A stretch of DNA of 64,000 bases from Schmidtea nova. Taxonomy: Eukaryota. The stretch's first letter is position 1; each line of letters begins with the position of its first letter. The notes beneath the pieces are model-generated. The model saw only the letters and a list, made by a program, of their open reading frames with translations. It had not been told where the DNA came from and ran no database searches. The position numbers were made by a program, and so were the translations under genes. The stretch lies in assembly GCA_044892505.1 (NCBI GenBank), contig CM097882.1, positions 25,978,001 through 26,042,000 on the forward strand. The letters run 5' to 3'. Of the stretch, positions 1 through 9,634 are shown piece after piece.

Positions 1-71
1 CACACTGCGTTTACTACTTCCTTTCAACTCTCATCTCTACTCACCTTTGATTCAACTGACATCTCTCGATG

Positions 72-452
72 GCCTGCTGGGCTTTCCAGTCAGTACCTTT
101 AATCTCCCCTGTTATCTCAACTTTATTTCTCTCAACATTACTCATTATCTCATTAGCCTGCTGGGTTTTCCAGTCAGCGCTTTTAATCTCTCCCTTTTAC
201 TGTTATCTCGTTATTCTCGACCTTGACTGTCGTTTCGTTAGCCTGCTGGGTTTTCCAGTCAGCGCTCTTATTATCCTCCATTTATCTCTTTACTGTCGAC
301 TTTTAACTGCTCTTTACTCCGATGATCATCACTTTTGACCTGCTGGGTCTTCCAGTCAGCGTCCTCAATTTTACCACTTTATCTGTCTTAACAAACCGGT
401 TTCATTTTACTCTCGTCGAATCTCATGGTCTGCTGGGTTTTCCAGTCAGCAC
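72..452. repeat. Array of 5 ~25-bp hairpin-forming repeats (GCCTGCTGGGTTTTCCAGTCAGCGC) separated by dissimilar C/T-rich 60-72 bp spacers
   Basis: Copies start at 72, 156, 241, 338 and 428 (periods 84, 85, 97, 90). CTGCTGG can pair with CCAGTCAG around a GTTTT loop. Confidence 0.9.
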
Positions 453-814
453 CCTTATTTACTCACTTTACTTTACTACTCCTCTTTGTATGCATACTTT
501 GACGTCGTTAGGCCACATAATCAGCTTTACTCGCATTTATCAATACCCAGGTGCGCACCTTCAACTCTCTCGTTATTAATTCGGTTTCTTTCAGCTATTA
601 TTCCTCATTATTCGCTATTCATTTTCACTATTCGTCATTTATCTTCATTATCAATTATTCATCTCCATTATCGCTTGTTGATCTTTACTATCTTCTATTC
701 GTCTCTCTTTTTGCTTATTGATCTTTACTATCCGGATAGTTTTGTACTTAATTTAGTCCTCATCTGCCTCACTTCGTCGTCTTTCTCGTGGGCTTTCACT
801 CAATATTTTATTCT

Positions 815-1360
815 GGACGAGAACTACGCTCACAGTTGAGAACTATGCTCACTAACGAGAACTATGCTCAATGACGCGGACTGCGTTTACTACGAGAACT
901 AGGCTCACTGACGAGAACTAGGCTCAATGGCGATAACTATGCTCAATGAGGAGAACTATGCTCACTGGCAAAACATGGTTGTTATGAGGGTTTTGCTTAC
1001 TGATGGAAACTCTGTTTGCTCCGGGGACTAGGTTCCCCGATGAGAACTATGCTCACTGGTAGTATTTACTACAGGAATTTCGCTTCCTGATGAGAACTAA
1101 GCTCACTGTGTTGACTATGTTTATTGATGAGAACTACGCTCACTGATGAGGACTATGTTCGCTGGTCTTATGTTTATTTATGAGAACTCTGCTCACTACG
1201 AGATTTATGTTTACGGACGAGAACTATGCTCACTATGATGTTGTGTTTATCAACGAGACCCATGCTCACTATGATGTTGTGTTCTATGACGAGACCTACG
1301 CTCACTATGATGTTATGTTTTATGCTCACTATGAGACCCCTGCTCACGAACGAGAACTCG
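815..1360. repeat. Degenerate tandem array of GAGAACTATGCTCA units (~17 copies)
   Basis: The motif (T/C)GAG-AACTATG-CTCA recurs about every 19-21 bp at first, then at wider spacing. It produces the repetitive ORFs at 1180 and 1226. Confidence 0.85.
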
Positions 1361-2042
1361 AAATATCATCTCTCAGTGGTTGCATGTGTTGCTTCGAGAT
1401 GTTCCTCTCAGTGGTCACTTATGCTTCTTCGGAGAATCTATTATCGCGTTTCGTTAAGTTCTGTCTTTCCAGAACTATGGGCAAATCCTTTCTCTCTAGG
1501 ACCCCTTTCGTCATTTCCTTTCTTTCAAGGATTTCATTAACCTCGAGTTTTTCCTTTACTCGGTTCATCTATTACACGCCTTTATTCTATTGTTGATTCG
1601 TCAACCTCTCTACTTGATTTTACTTTATGCGAGCTGATTACGTGCCTTTCCTCATATACCACATTTTCCTTATTCGTCTTACTCATTTTATTGCTTTCGG
1701 TCTTTACTGATCAGTTTATCCTCCTATTTTTATAGTTTTTCTGCGCGCGCCTAAACTTCATTGGGTTGTCCCTACCTTTCACCCCAACCAAAATATATTA
1801 AAAGATCGCATTGGTCTACTGATGCACGATGTGGTGATCAGTCACATCACAAGAGCTTTCCAATATCCGCGATTGGATCCCTTTCTACACATCTCGGGTG
1901 AGTTGATCAGTTGGTTCCCCCCAATGGGTGCCTATCGGACTACTCGTGAGTAGCTCATTATTACTTAGGTCATTTTTACCAAATCATTGTTAAACCCTCA
2001 TAATTTCAATAACAACTGCACTTGTTCAAAACTTTATTTCTA

Positions 2043-2501
2043 TTACAAGTACACTGTTATTCTTTCGGATACGGGAAGGTTGCACATAGGACATCGTTCA
2101 TTTATTTTACATTCATTACAGAATCGAAAATGTCCACATGGCAACAACATTATCTGTATTTTGTTCATTTCACAGATATAACACGTCAGATATTGTCTTG
2201 TATGTTCTGTTGTTATTCTCGTCCACTCATCGTGTTTTGTTGCAATCTGTTGTTCTAGCCTGTGGCATTCGATATTCATTTTGGGGTTGTTTAATCGCTC
2301 TCTATACCATTTGTATCTCGTTGCTGTATCCACTGTTATCTTATTCTCGCTTATGCTCATCATCATTTCGGCTCTTTCTGTGTTGTTTGTCGGTTCGTGA
2401 TATTCTACTGCCTCGAGTCGTCTTAGCTTTCTCGTTATTGTCTCCACTGTCTCGTTATTTGTTTCGAAAAACGTTTGCATTTCTTTTATTTTGTTCTCCA
2501 T
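2043..2501 (-). CDS. 152-aa protein with a helical N-terminus and a C-terminal IAP/MDM2-type C3HC4 RING finger (putative E3 ligase), no BIR domain
   Basis: CYIC...LLPCGH..FCNEC....CPMC..PV near the C-terminus. AATAAA directly after the stop (minus strand 2038-2033). AG acceptor 3 nt before the ATG (ttcattcag|gggATG). Confidence 0.8.
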   Translation of the reverse strand: MENKIKEMQTFFETNNETVETITRKLRRLEAVEYHEPTNNTERAEMMMSISENKITVDTATRYKWYRERLNNPKMNIECHRLEQQIATKHDEWTRITTEHTRQYLTCYICEMNKIQIMLLPCGHFRFCNECKINERCPMCNLPVSERITVYL

Positions 2502-2648
2502 CCCCTGAATGAATTCTCATTAATTTTTGTCGATCTTTATTTACTATTCATTATTCCTATTTTATGGTAGTCCTACCGTTCGCTTTCTGTTGTTCTGTTT
2601 TGCGTCGTTACTTGCGTATCCCCCCGTGTTCTTGAATGTCGCCCCGAC

Positions 2649-4100
2649 ATGATCATTGTTAGTTGCTCACACTCATACCATTTTCATGCACACTTTTCAG
2701 CATACTTTTACCTTACGTCATGCATACTTTTCATCACTTTTCATACTGTTACTCCACATACTATTCATCATGCTTTATTCATTAAAAAAAAAATTAAAAA
2801 TCAAGATCAAGTTATCACTAATCTCAACAATCTTCTCTCAACCTACAATTGCAAGAACCAAACAAGCTGTCAAACACCACCACACAGCTCTACCCAAACA
2901 CCTCCTAATAACTCTACCCCTAAAATAGAAATCAACAATACTATATCTCATAACCTGATTCCTCCAAAAACCATTGATCTTGATGCATCAGATGAAACAA
3001 ACAATACTAATTATAGTCCATGCTCTGAAATGAATACTACTGACTTCAATGAAAGCAATGAAACTGAAAACACTAAAGAAACTCCTAATACACCACTCTC
3101 CTCCAAAGATGAAATCCACCAAGTATCTTCTACTCCAAAAAAAACTGCTAAAAGGAGACGAATCTCAGATATAGATCTCTTTAATACCCAAGATAGTCTG
3201 AACAATACTACTCAAGCTCAATGTTCAAAAAGTTACACCTGCACCCCTTCCTATAAAGAAACCTTAAACAAACCTTTTAATTTTCAAACATCAATTGGAG
3301 TTGCACAAGATTTTGAACTAGCTCAAAACCTTATAGTTGAAAAATGTCATATCACAAAAGACATTTCAAACATTCTAAATGACGAAAAGATGAAGAGTGA
3401 ATCTATAGACTCAGCTATAGAAAACAATACTTACTCAAATGCAGGTATCCTACTCACAAATGAAACTATATTTGAAAGTTACCCCCGTAATAAACCAATC
3501 TTTAGACTCTTGAAAAGAGGATACTTTCTATGCAGCAATAAAGAATGCACAATTAAAAAATTTATTGGATGCAATAGACCTGAGGAAATAGATGATCATC
3601 TAAGAACACATAGCAAAAGACTCAAATTGGAAGATACATTCACATGTGTCATGTGTAATAGTGCCGATAGTAAAACTAACTCCAGAAAAGGATCGATTCT
3701 AATCACAGGTGCCGAAAAGCACATCAAGGAGTTCCACAGTGTGATTCGAATTCCATACTCCAAATCCGAGATAAAAGAAAATAGTAAAAGAATAACTTTA
3801 AAAATCAACAAACATGGTGCACTCGTTTGTCACCATTTTGACAACATTAAACGAAATGAATGTGATATCAATCTCACATATAAAAGCTCTCTTAAAGACG
3901 TCCTTAAACATATGAATCACAAACATAAAACTAAAATTTTTGACATTAGTGCAATCATATGCCACTGTGATACCATCCTAAAATTTTCTGAGATAACAAC
4001 TCATGTTGATGCTCACAACAATACTGCTATACCTAGTGAACCTATAGGAGAAATTCCTGACAATTTACTTGTAAGTGATGTAGATCTGAAATCTCAATGA
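2649..4100 (+). CDS. Retrotransposon N-terminal region: low-complexity N/T/S segment plus four C2H2-like zinc fingers, ending at a single TGA
   Basis: CSNKEC..HLRTH; CVMC..HIKEFH; CHH..EC..HMNHKH; CHC..HVDAH. Confidence 0.8.
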   Translation: MIIVSCSHSYHFHAHFSAYFYLTSCILFITFHTVTPHTIHHALFIKKKIKNQDQVITNLNNLLSTYNCKNQTSCQTPPHSSTQTPPNNSTPKIEINNTISHNLIPPKTIDLDASDETNNTNYSPCSEMNTTDFNESNETENTKETPNTPLSSKDEIHQVSSTPKKTAKRRRISDIDLFNTQDSLNNTTQAQCSKSYTCTPSYKETLNKPFNFQTSIGVAQDFELAQNLIVEKCHITKDISNILNDEKMKSESIDSAIENNTYSNAGILLTNETIFESYPRNKPIFRLLKRGYFLCSNKECTIKKFIGCNRPEEIDDHLRTHSKRLKLEDTFTCVMCNSADSKTNSRKGSILITGAEKHIKEFHSVIRIPYSKSEIKENSKRITLKINKHGALVCHHFDNIKRNECDINLTYKSSLKDVLKHMNHKHKTKIFDISAIICHCDTILKFSEITTHVDAHNNTAIPSEPIGEIPDNLLVSDVDLKSQ

Positions 4101-7100
4101 CTAGGCCTTCATCATATATCTATTTACTTTTACACTAGAATTATTACAAAATCTTCCATCTTTATTGATAACTTAAGTAGCCAATCTTTCCTCATAAACG
4201 ACTTCGTTACTTTCTTTGAAAACTTTCCCTTCTCTAAATATCCAAATTGGAATGAAATATTCTGGCCGATAAACTATGAAAATAACCTGTGGACTCTTTT
4301 TTATCTTAATAAATCCAAACATCTTGCAACCTTCATTGACCCAACCTGCGATAATAGTCTTGAACGTTACTCCACTACTGCGTCGAACATTCTAAATGCT
4401 ATTCTTAATATTCAAAAAATTATCTCTCCAATAGACATAAAACTTACTGAAACTAATACTCCTCGTTGTAATACTATATCTGATTCTGCTTACTTTGTCT
4501 GCCACTTCGCCTTCTGCCTTACTCGTAACTATCCTCTCACTTTTCCTCCTATATTAAAAATTAGAAAAAGCATTAATGAAAGTATTGAAAAAATTATAAA
4601 TGACCGTAAACCTGATCATGATATATCGAAACACACCAAAACTTTTAATAACATCATTAAAATGATCAATATAAATGCCTATACTCCTGACCAAGCACTA
4701 GATGATATGAAACCTATATTTTTTAATATTTTTCCTCTTAAAAATAAATTTAAAAAACTTTTTAAAATAAATAAAATAAATAGAGAAAGCTTCCAACTTA
4801 TCTTTACCTTGCGACTTCATTTTGACAAATTTCCAAAAAAAACTATTGAAAAAATACTAATTAAAAAAGACCTCATTACTAGAATCCCTGAATCTACTGA
4901 CATTAAAAACTTTTTTTCTAAACAAAAAAAATATACCATTAATTTAAATAACGGGTTAATTAGTAATATTTTTCATGACCTTTTTACTCAAGAACCATTT
5001 ACCAACAAAACAATTAAAGACATACTTAAAATACTTGATAAACGTTCCGCTCCTGGAAAAGACCATATATCTTACTCTGACTGGCAGAAAACTCTTGACC
5101 CAAACTTTAACTTTCTGGTAGCACTCTTTAATAGCATTCTTAGTAACAACACTTGTCCTCTTTCATGGAAGACCTTCAAAACCAAACTGGTTCTAAAACC
5201 AGGAAAAGAACTCTTATCTCACGACTTATCTTCTTGGCGTCCTCTTGCAATCCTTGACACCTCTTATCGCATTTTTACTGCTGTTCTTAACGACCGTCTC
5301 CTTTCTTGGATCTCTGCTGGGGATCTCATCTCTAAAAACCAAAAAGCCATTGGAATACCCGATGGATGTACTGAGCACAATACCATCCTAATCCTTACCA
5401 AAGAATGGGCCATACGTAACAAAAAAGACTTGAATATTATCTGGCTTGACCTTGCTGATGCCTTTGGCAGCCTACCTCACGACCTTCTTTGGAAAACCCT
5501 TACTCTTCTTGGATTACATGTTGAGACCATAAACCTTTTTAAAAACATGTATGAAAATATCTCTACCTTCTATGACTGCGAAAAAAGACTGACCGAAAAT
5601 ATTCCTATCTTTAACGGGGTAAAACAAGGATGCCCCCTCTCTATGACACTCTTCTGCTTATCAATTGACTTCATCATCCGTTACATACTCTCAAATCACC
5701 CCCTTGTCATCAACAATCTTAACGTCAGCATACTTGCGTATGCGGATGATCTTGTTCTTATTGCTGATAACTATAATGAAATATGTAAAATACTGACTGA
5801 CACAATCAACCTTACCAATATGGCTAACTTACAATTTAGACCAAATAAGTGTGGACATTTTCAACTCCACAGAAATAACTTAAACGAGCCTCTTTTTATT
5901 TATGATAACCCAATACCTTGCATAGATGAAAACAACCTTTATAAATATCTTGGCGTAAATTTTGGAAACCGCAACAAACATAATATAGATGACGTCTTAG
6001 AAAAAGCTTTATCTGACAGCAAAACTCTTTTTGAATCTGATCTTCACCCTGCACAAAAAATCTATGCTTATAAAACTTTTATACACTCTCGTCTTATCTT
6101 TCTCTTTCGAAACTGTACTCTTAATACAATGACTCTTGACTCTAGTAGAAGTAAAAGTGTTCAGGGAAACCCAAAACAAACTGGATATGACCAGAAAATA
6201 AGAAAACTTATAAAAAAATCTATAAATGATATCCACTTAAATTTAAATAATAACTTTATCTACTCACATATATCGCTTGGTGGCCTGGGTTTTGTCCCTA
6301 GTATTGATGAGTACCTAATCCAAAGTATCACACACCTTTTTAGACTACTTAACTCAAACCACTTAACAATGAGAAATTTTATTACCCAAGAAATGATCCA
6401 AGCTTGCAATGATAGATTTAAAAATAAAAACTGTGACCTAGAAAAAACCTTAAAATGGATAAACGCAGAAATCAAAGGTCAAATTAGTGGCCAAAAATGT
6501 CTTTTTAACAAATTTCGAGCATCTGTCAAACGCTTTAAACAAAAATTTAATATTTGTATAAAATTATGTACAATAGATAACAACTTCAATTTAGAAATAG
6601 CAAAAGACAATAACATAGAATACCTAAATCCCCTTGAAATAAGTGACACCTCTTCTTCTCTTCACACTATGACTGCTAAATGGTATTTTGAACAATGGAT
6701 CTTAATGAGCTGCCAAGGGCACATCGCAAAAACTATAGGACATAATACTCTTTCCTCTTTCTTAATTAAAAAACATGAACTTACTGAATACCAATACTTT
6801 TTCTTGATCAAAGCTCGAAATAATATGTTATCCCTAAACTACGGACCTTACAATCTTATAACTGACAAAAATATTCTTTGTAGACTTTGTAAAATGGAAC
6901 CTGAATCTCAAACCCATATTTTTAATCATTGCAAGCAAACAATAAACGCGAGACGTAATAAACATGATAGAGTCCTTATAGTAGTCCGCGATTTTTTGAT
7001 TTCTAAAAAATTCCATGTAGATATGGAAAAAAGTCCCCCAGGAGTTATAACCACCTTGAGACCTGACCTAATAGTGAAGTCTGATAAAAATGACCATATA

Positions 7101-7409
7101 CACATCTTAGACATTAAAGTTCCATACGACACTTTAGAAAACTTTGAAAATGCCCGTAGTAAAAATTTTGCTAAATATAGAGAACTAGGCTTAGAAACTA
7201 AAAAAGTTAATAAATGCAAAACAAAAATTGCCGCTATAGTAGTAGGTACTCTTGGCACCTGGGACCATGAAAACGACAGGCCATTAAGCGATGTTGGCCT
7301 AGATGATAAAGAAATAAAAACTTTATGTAAAAAAGTTATGGTTACTGCTGTCAAAGCAAGTTTCGATATATACATGGATCACATAACCAATAGATACAAT
7401 AACAATTAA
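4101..7409 (+). CDS. Ulp1-like (C48) pseudo-protease + reverse transcriptase + CCHC + REL endonuclease, in the same frame as 2649-4100
   Basis: Hand translation of 4101-4661 shows no stop and no ATG. It contains IFWPINYENNLWTLF, FIDP and PRCNTISDSAYFVCHFA. From 4662: KGVKQG-like NGVKQGCPLS, AYADD, CRLC..HIFNHC, RPDL, DIK, KY. Confidence 0.85.
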   Translation, partial: LGLHHISIYFYTRIITKSSIFIDNLSSQSFLINDFVTFFENFPFSKYPNWNEIFWPINYENNLWTLFYLNKSKHLATFIDPTCDNSLERYSTTASNILNAILNIQKIISPIDIKLTETNTPRCNTISDSAYFVCHFAFCLTRNYPLTFPPILKIRKSINESIEKIINDRKPDHDISKHTKTFNNIIKMININAYTPDQALDDMKPIFFNIFPLKNKFKKLFKINKINRESFQLIFTLRLHFDKFPKKTIEKILIKKDLITRIPESTDIKNFFSKQKKYTINLNNGLISNIFHDLFTQEPFTNKTIKDILKILDKRSAPGKDHISYSDWQKTLDPNFNFLVALFNSILSNNTCPLSWKTFKTKLVLKPGKELLSHDLSSWRPLAILDTSYRIFTAVLNDRLLSWISAGDLISKNQKAIGIPDGCTEHNTILILTKEWAIRNKKDLNIIWLDLADAFGSLPHDLLWKTLTLLGLHVETINLFKNMYENISTFYDCEKRLTENIPIFNGVKQGCPLSMTLFCLSIDFIIRYILSNHPLVINNLNVSILAYADDLVLIADNYNEICKILTDTINLTNMANLQFRPNKCGHFQLHRNNLNEPLFIYDNPIPCIDENNLYKYLGVNFGNRNKHNIDDVLEKALSDSKTLFESDLHPAQKIYAYKTFIHSRLIFLFRNCTLNTMTLDSSRSKSVQGNPKQTGYDQKIRKLIKKSINDIHLNLNNNFIYSHISLGGLGFVPSIDEYLIQSITHLFRLLNSNHLTMRNFITQEMIQACNDRFKNKNCDLEKTLKWINAEIKGQISGQKCLFNKFRASVKRFKQKFNICIKLCTIDNNFNLEIAKDNNIEYLNPLEISDTSSSLHTMTAKWYFEQWILMSCQGHIAKTIGHNTLSSFLIKKHELTEYQYFFLIKARNNMLSLNYGPYNLITDKNILCRLCKMEPESQTHIFNHCKQTINARRNKHDRVLIVVRDFLISKKFHVDMEKSPPGVITTLRPDLIVKSDKNDHIHILDIKVPYDTLENFENARSKNFAKYRELGLETKKVNKCKTKIAAIVVGTLGTWDHENDRPLSDVGLDDKEIKTLCKKVMVTAVKASFDIYMDHITNRYNNN

Positions 7410-7539
7410 AAGTATATTCTTAAATACTATTTATTATTAATTATATTATATATATATATAACTTTATACAAAGACTTTAAAACATCTACCGGGAGAGTAT
7501 CTTGAATACCTCCAAATAATAATATTTTCAGCCCAATTA

Positions 7540-8055
7540 TCCTTATCAAATCTACTCAATCTCTTACTCTCCTACTCAATCTGCCACACAATATCTCTTA
7601 AAAACCCATGCCCAATTGTTGTCCAAACTCCAACACACTACTCTCCTCAAAAATCCTACTCAATCTCTGGAACAATTGTCCTGCTCAGAAACTCTGGCTC
7701 AACCTGATGTCCTGCTCAAATACCGGCTCAAATCTATATTCTGCAAAATTATCCAGCTCAATTTCTAATATCCTGCCCAAATCCTATTGCACAAACTACT
7801 TCCAATCACAAGCCCAAATCCTTATTCTACTCAAAAATTACTGCTCAAATTCAATATTCGGCTCAAATATCCTGATGTCCTGATCAAATAAAGGCTCAAA
7901 TATATATTCTGCCGAACTATCCAGATCAATTCCTACTCAATCTCCTACTATCTTGCTCAAATCCTATGGCACAAACCACTTCCAATCACAAGCTCAAATC
8001 CTTATTCTACTCAAAATTACTGCTCAAATTCAATATTCTGCTCAAATATCCTGAA
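7540..8055 (+). repeat. CTCAA-rich 3' UTR repeats, including a ~180-bp tandem duplication
   Basis: Roughly 7710-7885 recurs at 7885-8055 (shared CACAAAC..CTTCCAATCACAAGC.CAAATCCTTATTCTACTC). Confidence 0.75.
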
Positions 8056-8689
8056 CCTGGTACAATAGCTGTTGGTCCCTGGACCATGGCTCGCGGAATG
8101 GAAAAATGAAACACAGATGTAAAAAAAACCCAAGCCATGTGCGGCTGGGTTGGTCCGAAAGGACAGGTCCTGTCTCTTCGGAGCAGAGAATTTTTTATAA
8201 ATAAATTTTGTAGGCCAACTTACCAGGGTTGGTCGCCTTAAAAAAAAAAAAAAAAAAAAAAAGTAATCCCTTAGTCAAACTACTTTGTCAAGTAACGTAC
8301 TAATTTTTGTTTTCCTACTATCGGGATTGACCTTTCATACCCTCCGAGGGTTATATTCATATGTTATAACATATTCGATTTACTACTACTTCTTGGTGCT
8401 AGTATCCTTTGTCCGCGACGTTACGCTTTACATATCTCTACTCCCGTCGACTTTCGATGTATCAGTACTCCTCGAAGGTACACACCTTTGTCAAGATACC
8501 ACCATGCCTACATACTCCATGCGAAATTAACGTTACTTTGATTTGATTTGGGACCCTTCTCTGTTACTCGATACCCTATGTGCACTTATTCCCCTTCCAC
8601 TTACCAAGTATTTAGTAAACCTATGGTCCCGCCGCATCAGCACCTCACATGAAAATGTGTTGCGCTGAGAGGCCAAGAATCCGTCAGGC

Positions 8690-9283
8690 TGTTAGGCCTC
8701 CGGAAAACCCTATTGATTTTAGTATGATTACAAATAATTATGAGGGTTTAAAATAAAACACAACTTGTAATTACCTTTTATTTCTCTTCCAAATCGATTT
8801 CACAATGTTCGCTACAAGATTCACAATCACTTACACTTGGTAAAGATAACCTTGACAAATACTGATTTGACTCCAGTATTTATACTAAACCGGTGTTGTT
8901 GGTCAGCCAATCAGCATCGAGTATGTGTGTATGTTTGATCATTATTTTGTGTTGTCGGCTTTTTGCTGCCTAATTCAACTCAATGATTTGTTTGTTTAAT
9001 CATGCGGTAAGTTTATTTTTGTGTGATTTAATTTTAATTTTATTTTTGTTTTAGGTCTTCGGTGACATCCGCCCACGCGCTGACATATTCAGATTTTATC
9101 TGCTTCGCATGAGTGAGTTCTTGAGTTTTATTTTGTTCTGATTCATGCTTTATTTCTTTTAGATGTTGCCGCTCATTTGCTATTTTTTATGCTGGTAATT
9201 TATTTTGTTGTTATTTTTTGTAGCTTTATTTTATTGATTTACGTATTATCTTTCAGATGCTGCTCGATTTGGCTGGCCCAACA
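8690..9283. mobile_element. LTR-like unit (594 bp), orientation unresolved
   Basis: Starts TGTTAGGCC and ends GGCCCAACA (8/9 inverted match, TG..CA). TATAAATA on the minus strand near 8880-8887, CCAAT near 8907, AATAAA on both strands. No TSD, canonical PBS or PPT found. Confidence 0.5.
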
Positions 9284-9506
9284 GGTAGCCAGAAACCCGA
9301 AAGAGAGAATGCAATGAGGATTAGTTTTGGAAATTAAACTCATTGGTAATCTGCTCATTGAATTCTCGCACTACTGTGTTTATTACCAGCATAAAATTTA
9401 TAATAAGTATTTATTGAAAATTAAATAGTAAATTTCAATAAAAGTAGAATTTTAAATTTGTTTAGCTGGATTTATAATAATTTATTTTCTTGTAACAAAT
9501 ACGAAA

Positions 9507-9634
9507 ATGTCCAATTCAGATAGTTTAATTAATTTTTCTTGTGATGATATTGATCCAGCAAGTCTCTCGAATACTATTTTGCAGCAGCAAGATTTGGGAA
9601 AGTATTTAAGAGAAATTACAAATGAAATCAACAA
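9507..9634 (+). CDS. COG5: COG5 exon 1
   Basis: ATG 9507 MSNSDSLINF...EITNEIN; GTAATA donor at 9635; 52-bp intron; phase 2. Confidence 0.8.

Larger units (their letters stand above)
2649..8262 (+). mobile_element. NeSL/R5-like non-LTR retrotransposon (restriction-like endonuclease clade); 5' end not precisely located
   Basis: C2H2 fingers, Ulp1-like domain, RT (YADD), CCHC, RPDL/DIK REL motifs, repetitive 3' UTR and an A23 tail at 8240-8262. Confidence 0.9.

Noticed and set aside
72-452. True CRISPR array
   Set aside because: Eukaryotic intron-containing context, no cas genes, spacers too long and compositionally uniform.
1020-1160. Hammerhead ribozymes suggested by CTGATGA in the second array
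   Set aside because: No stem II-GAAA or NUH arrangement follows; the motif arises from repeat junctions.
69-1596. Plus-strand ORFs at 69, 322, 486, 1180 and 1226 as genes
   Set aside because: They are by-products of repeats and T/C strand bias, with no recognisable domains.
6009-7375. Minus-strand ORFs overlapping the RT/REL gene
   Set aside because: Antisense shadows of a long coding frame.
1991-8750. 15-bp exact inverted match (1991-2005 versus 8736-8750) as element TIRs
   Set aside because: The match does not extend, has no TSD, and a 15-mer coincidence is plausible in AT-rich DNA.
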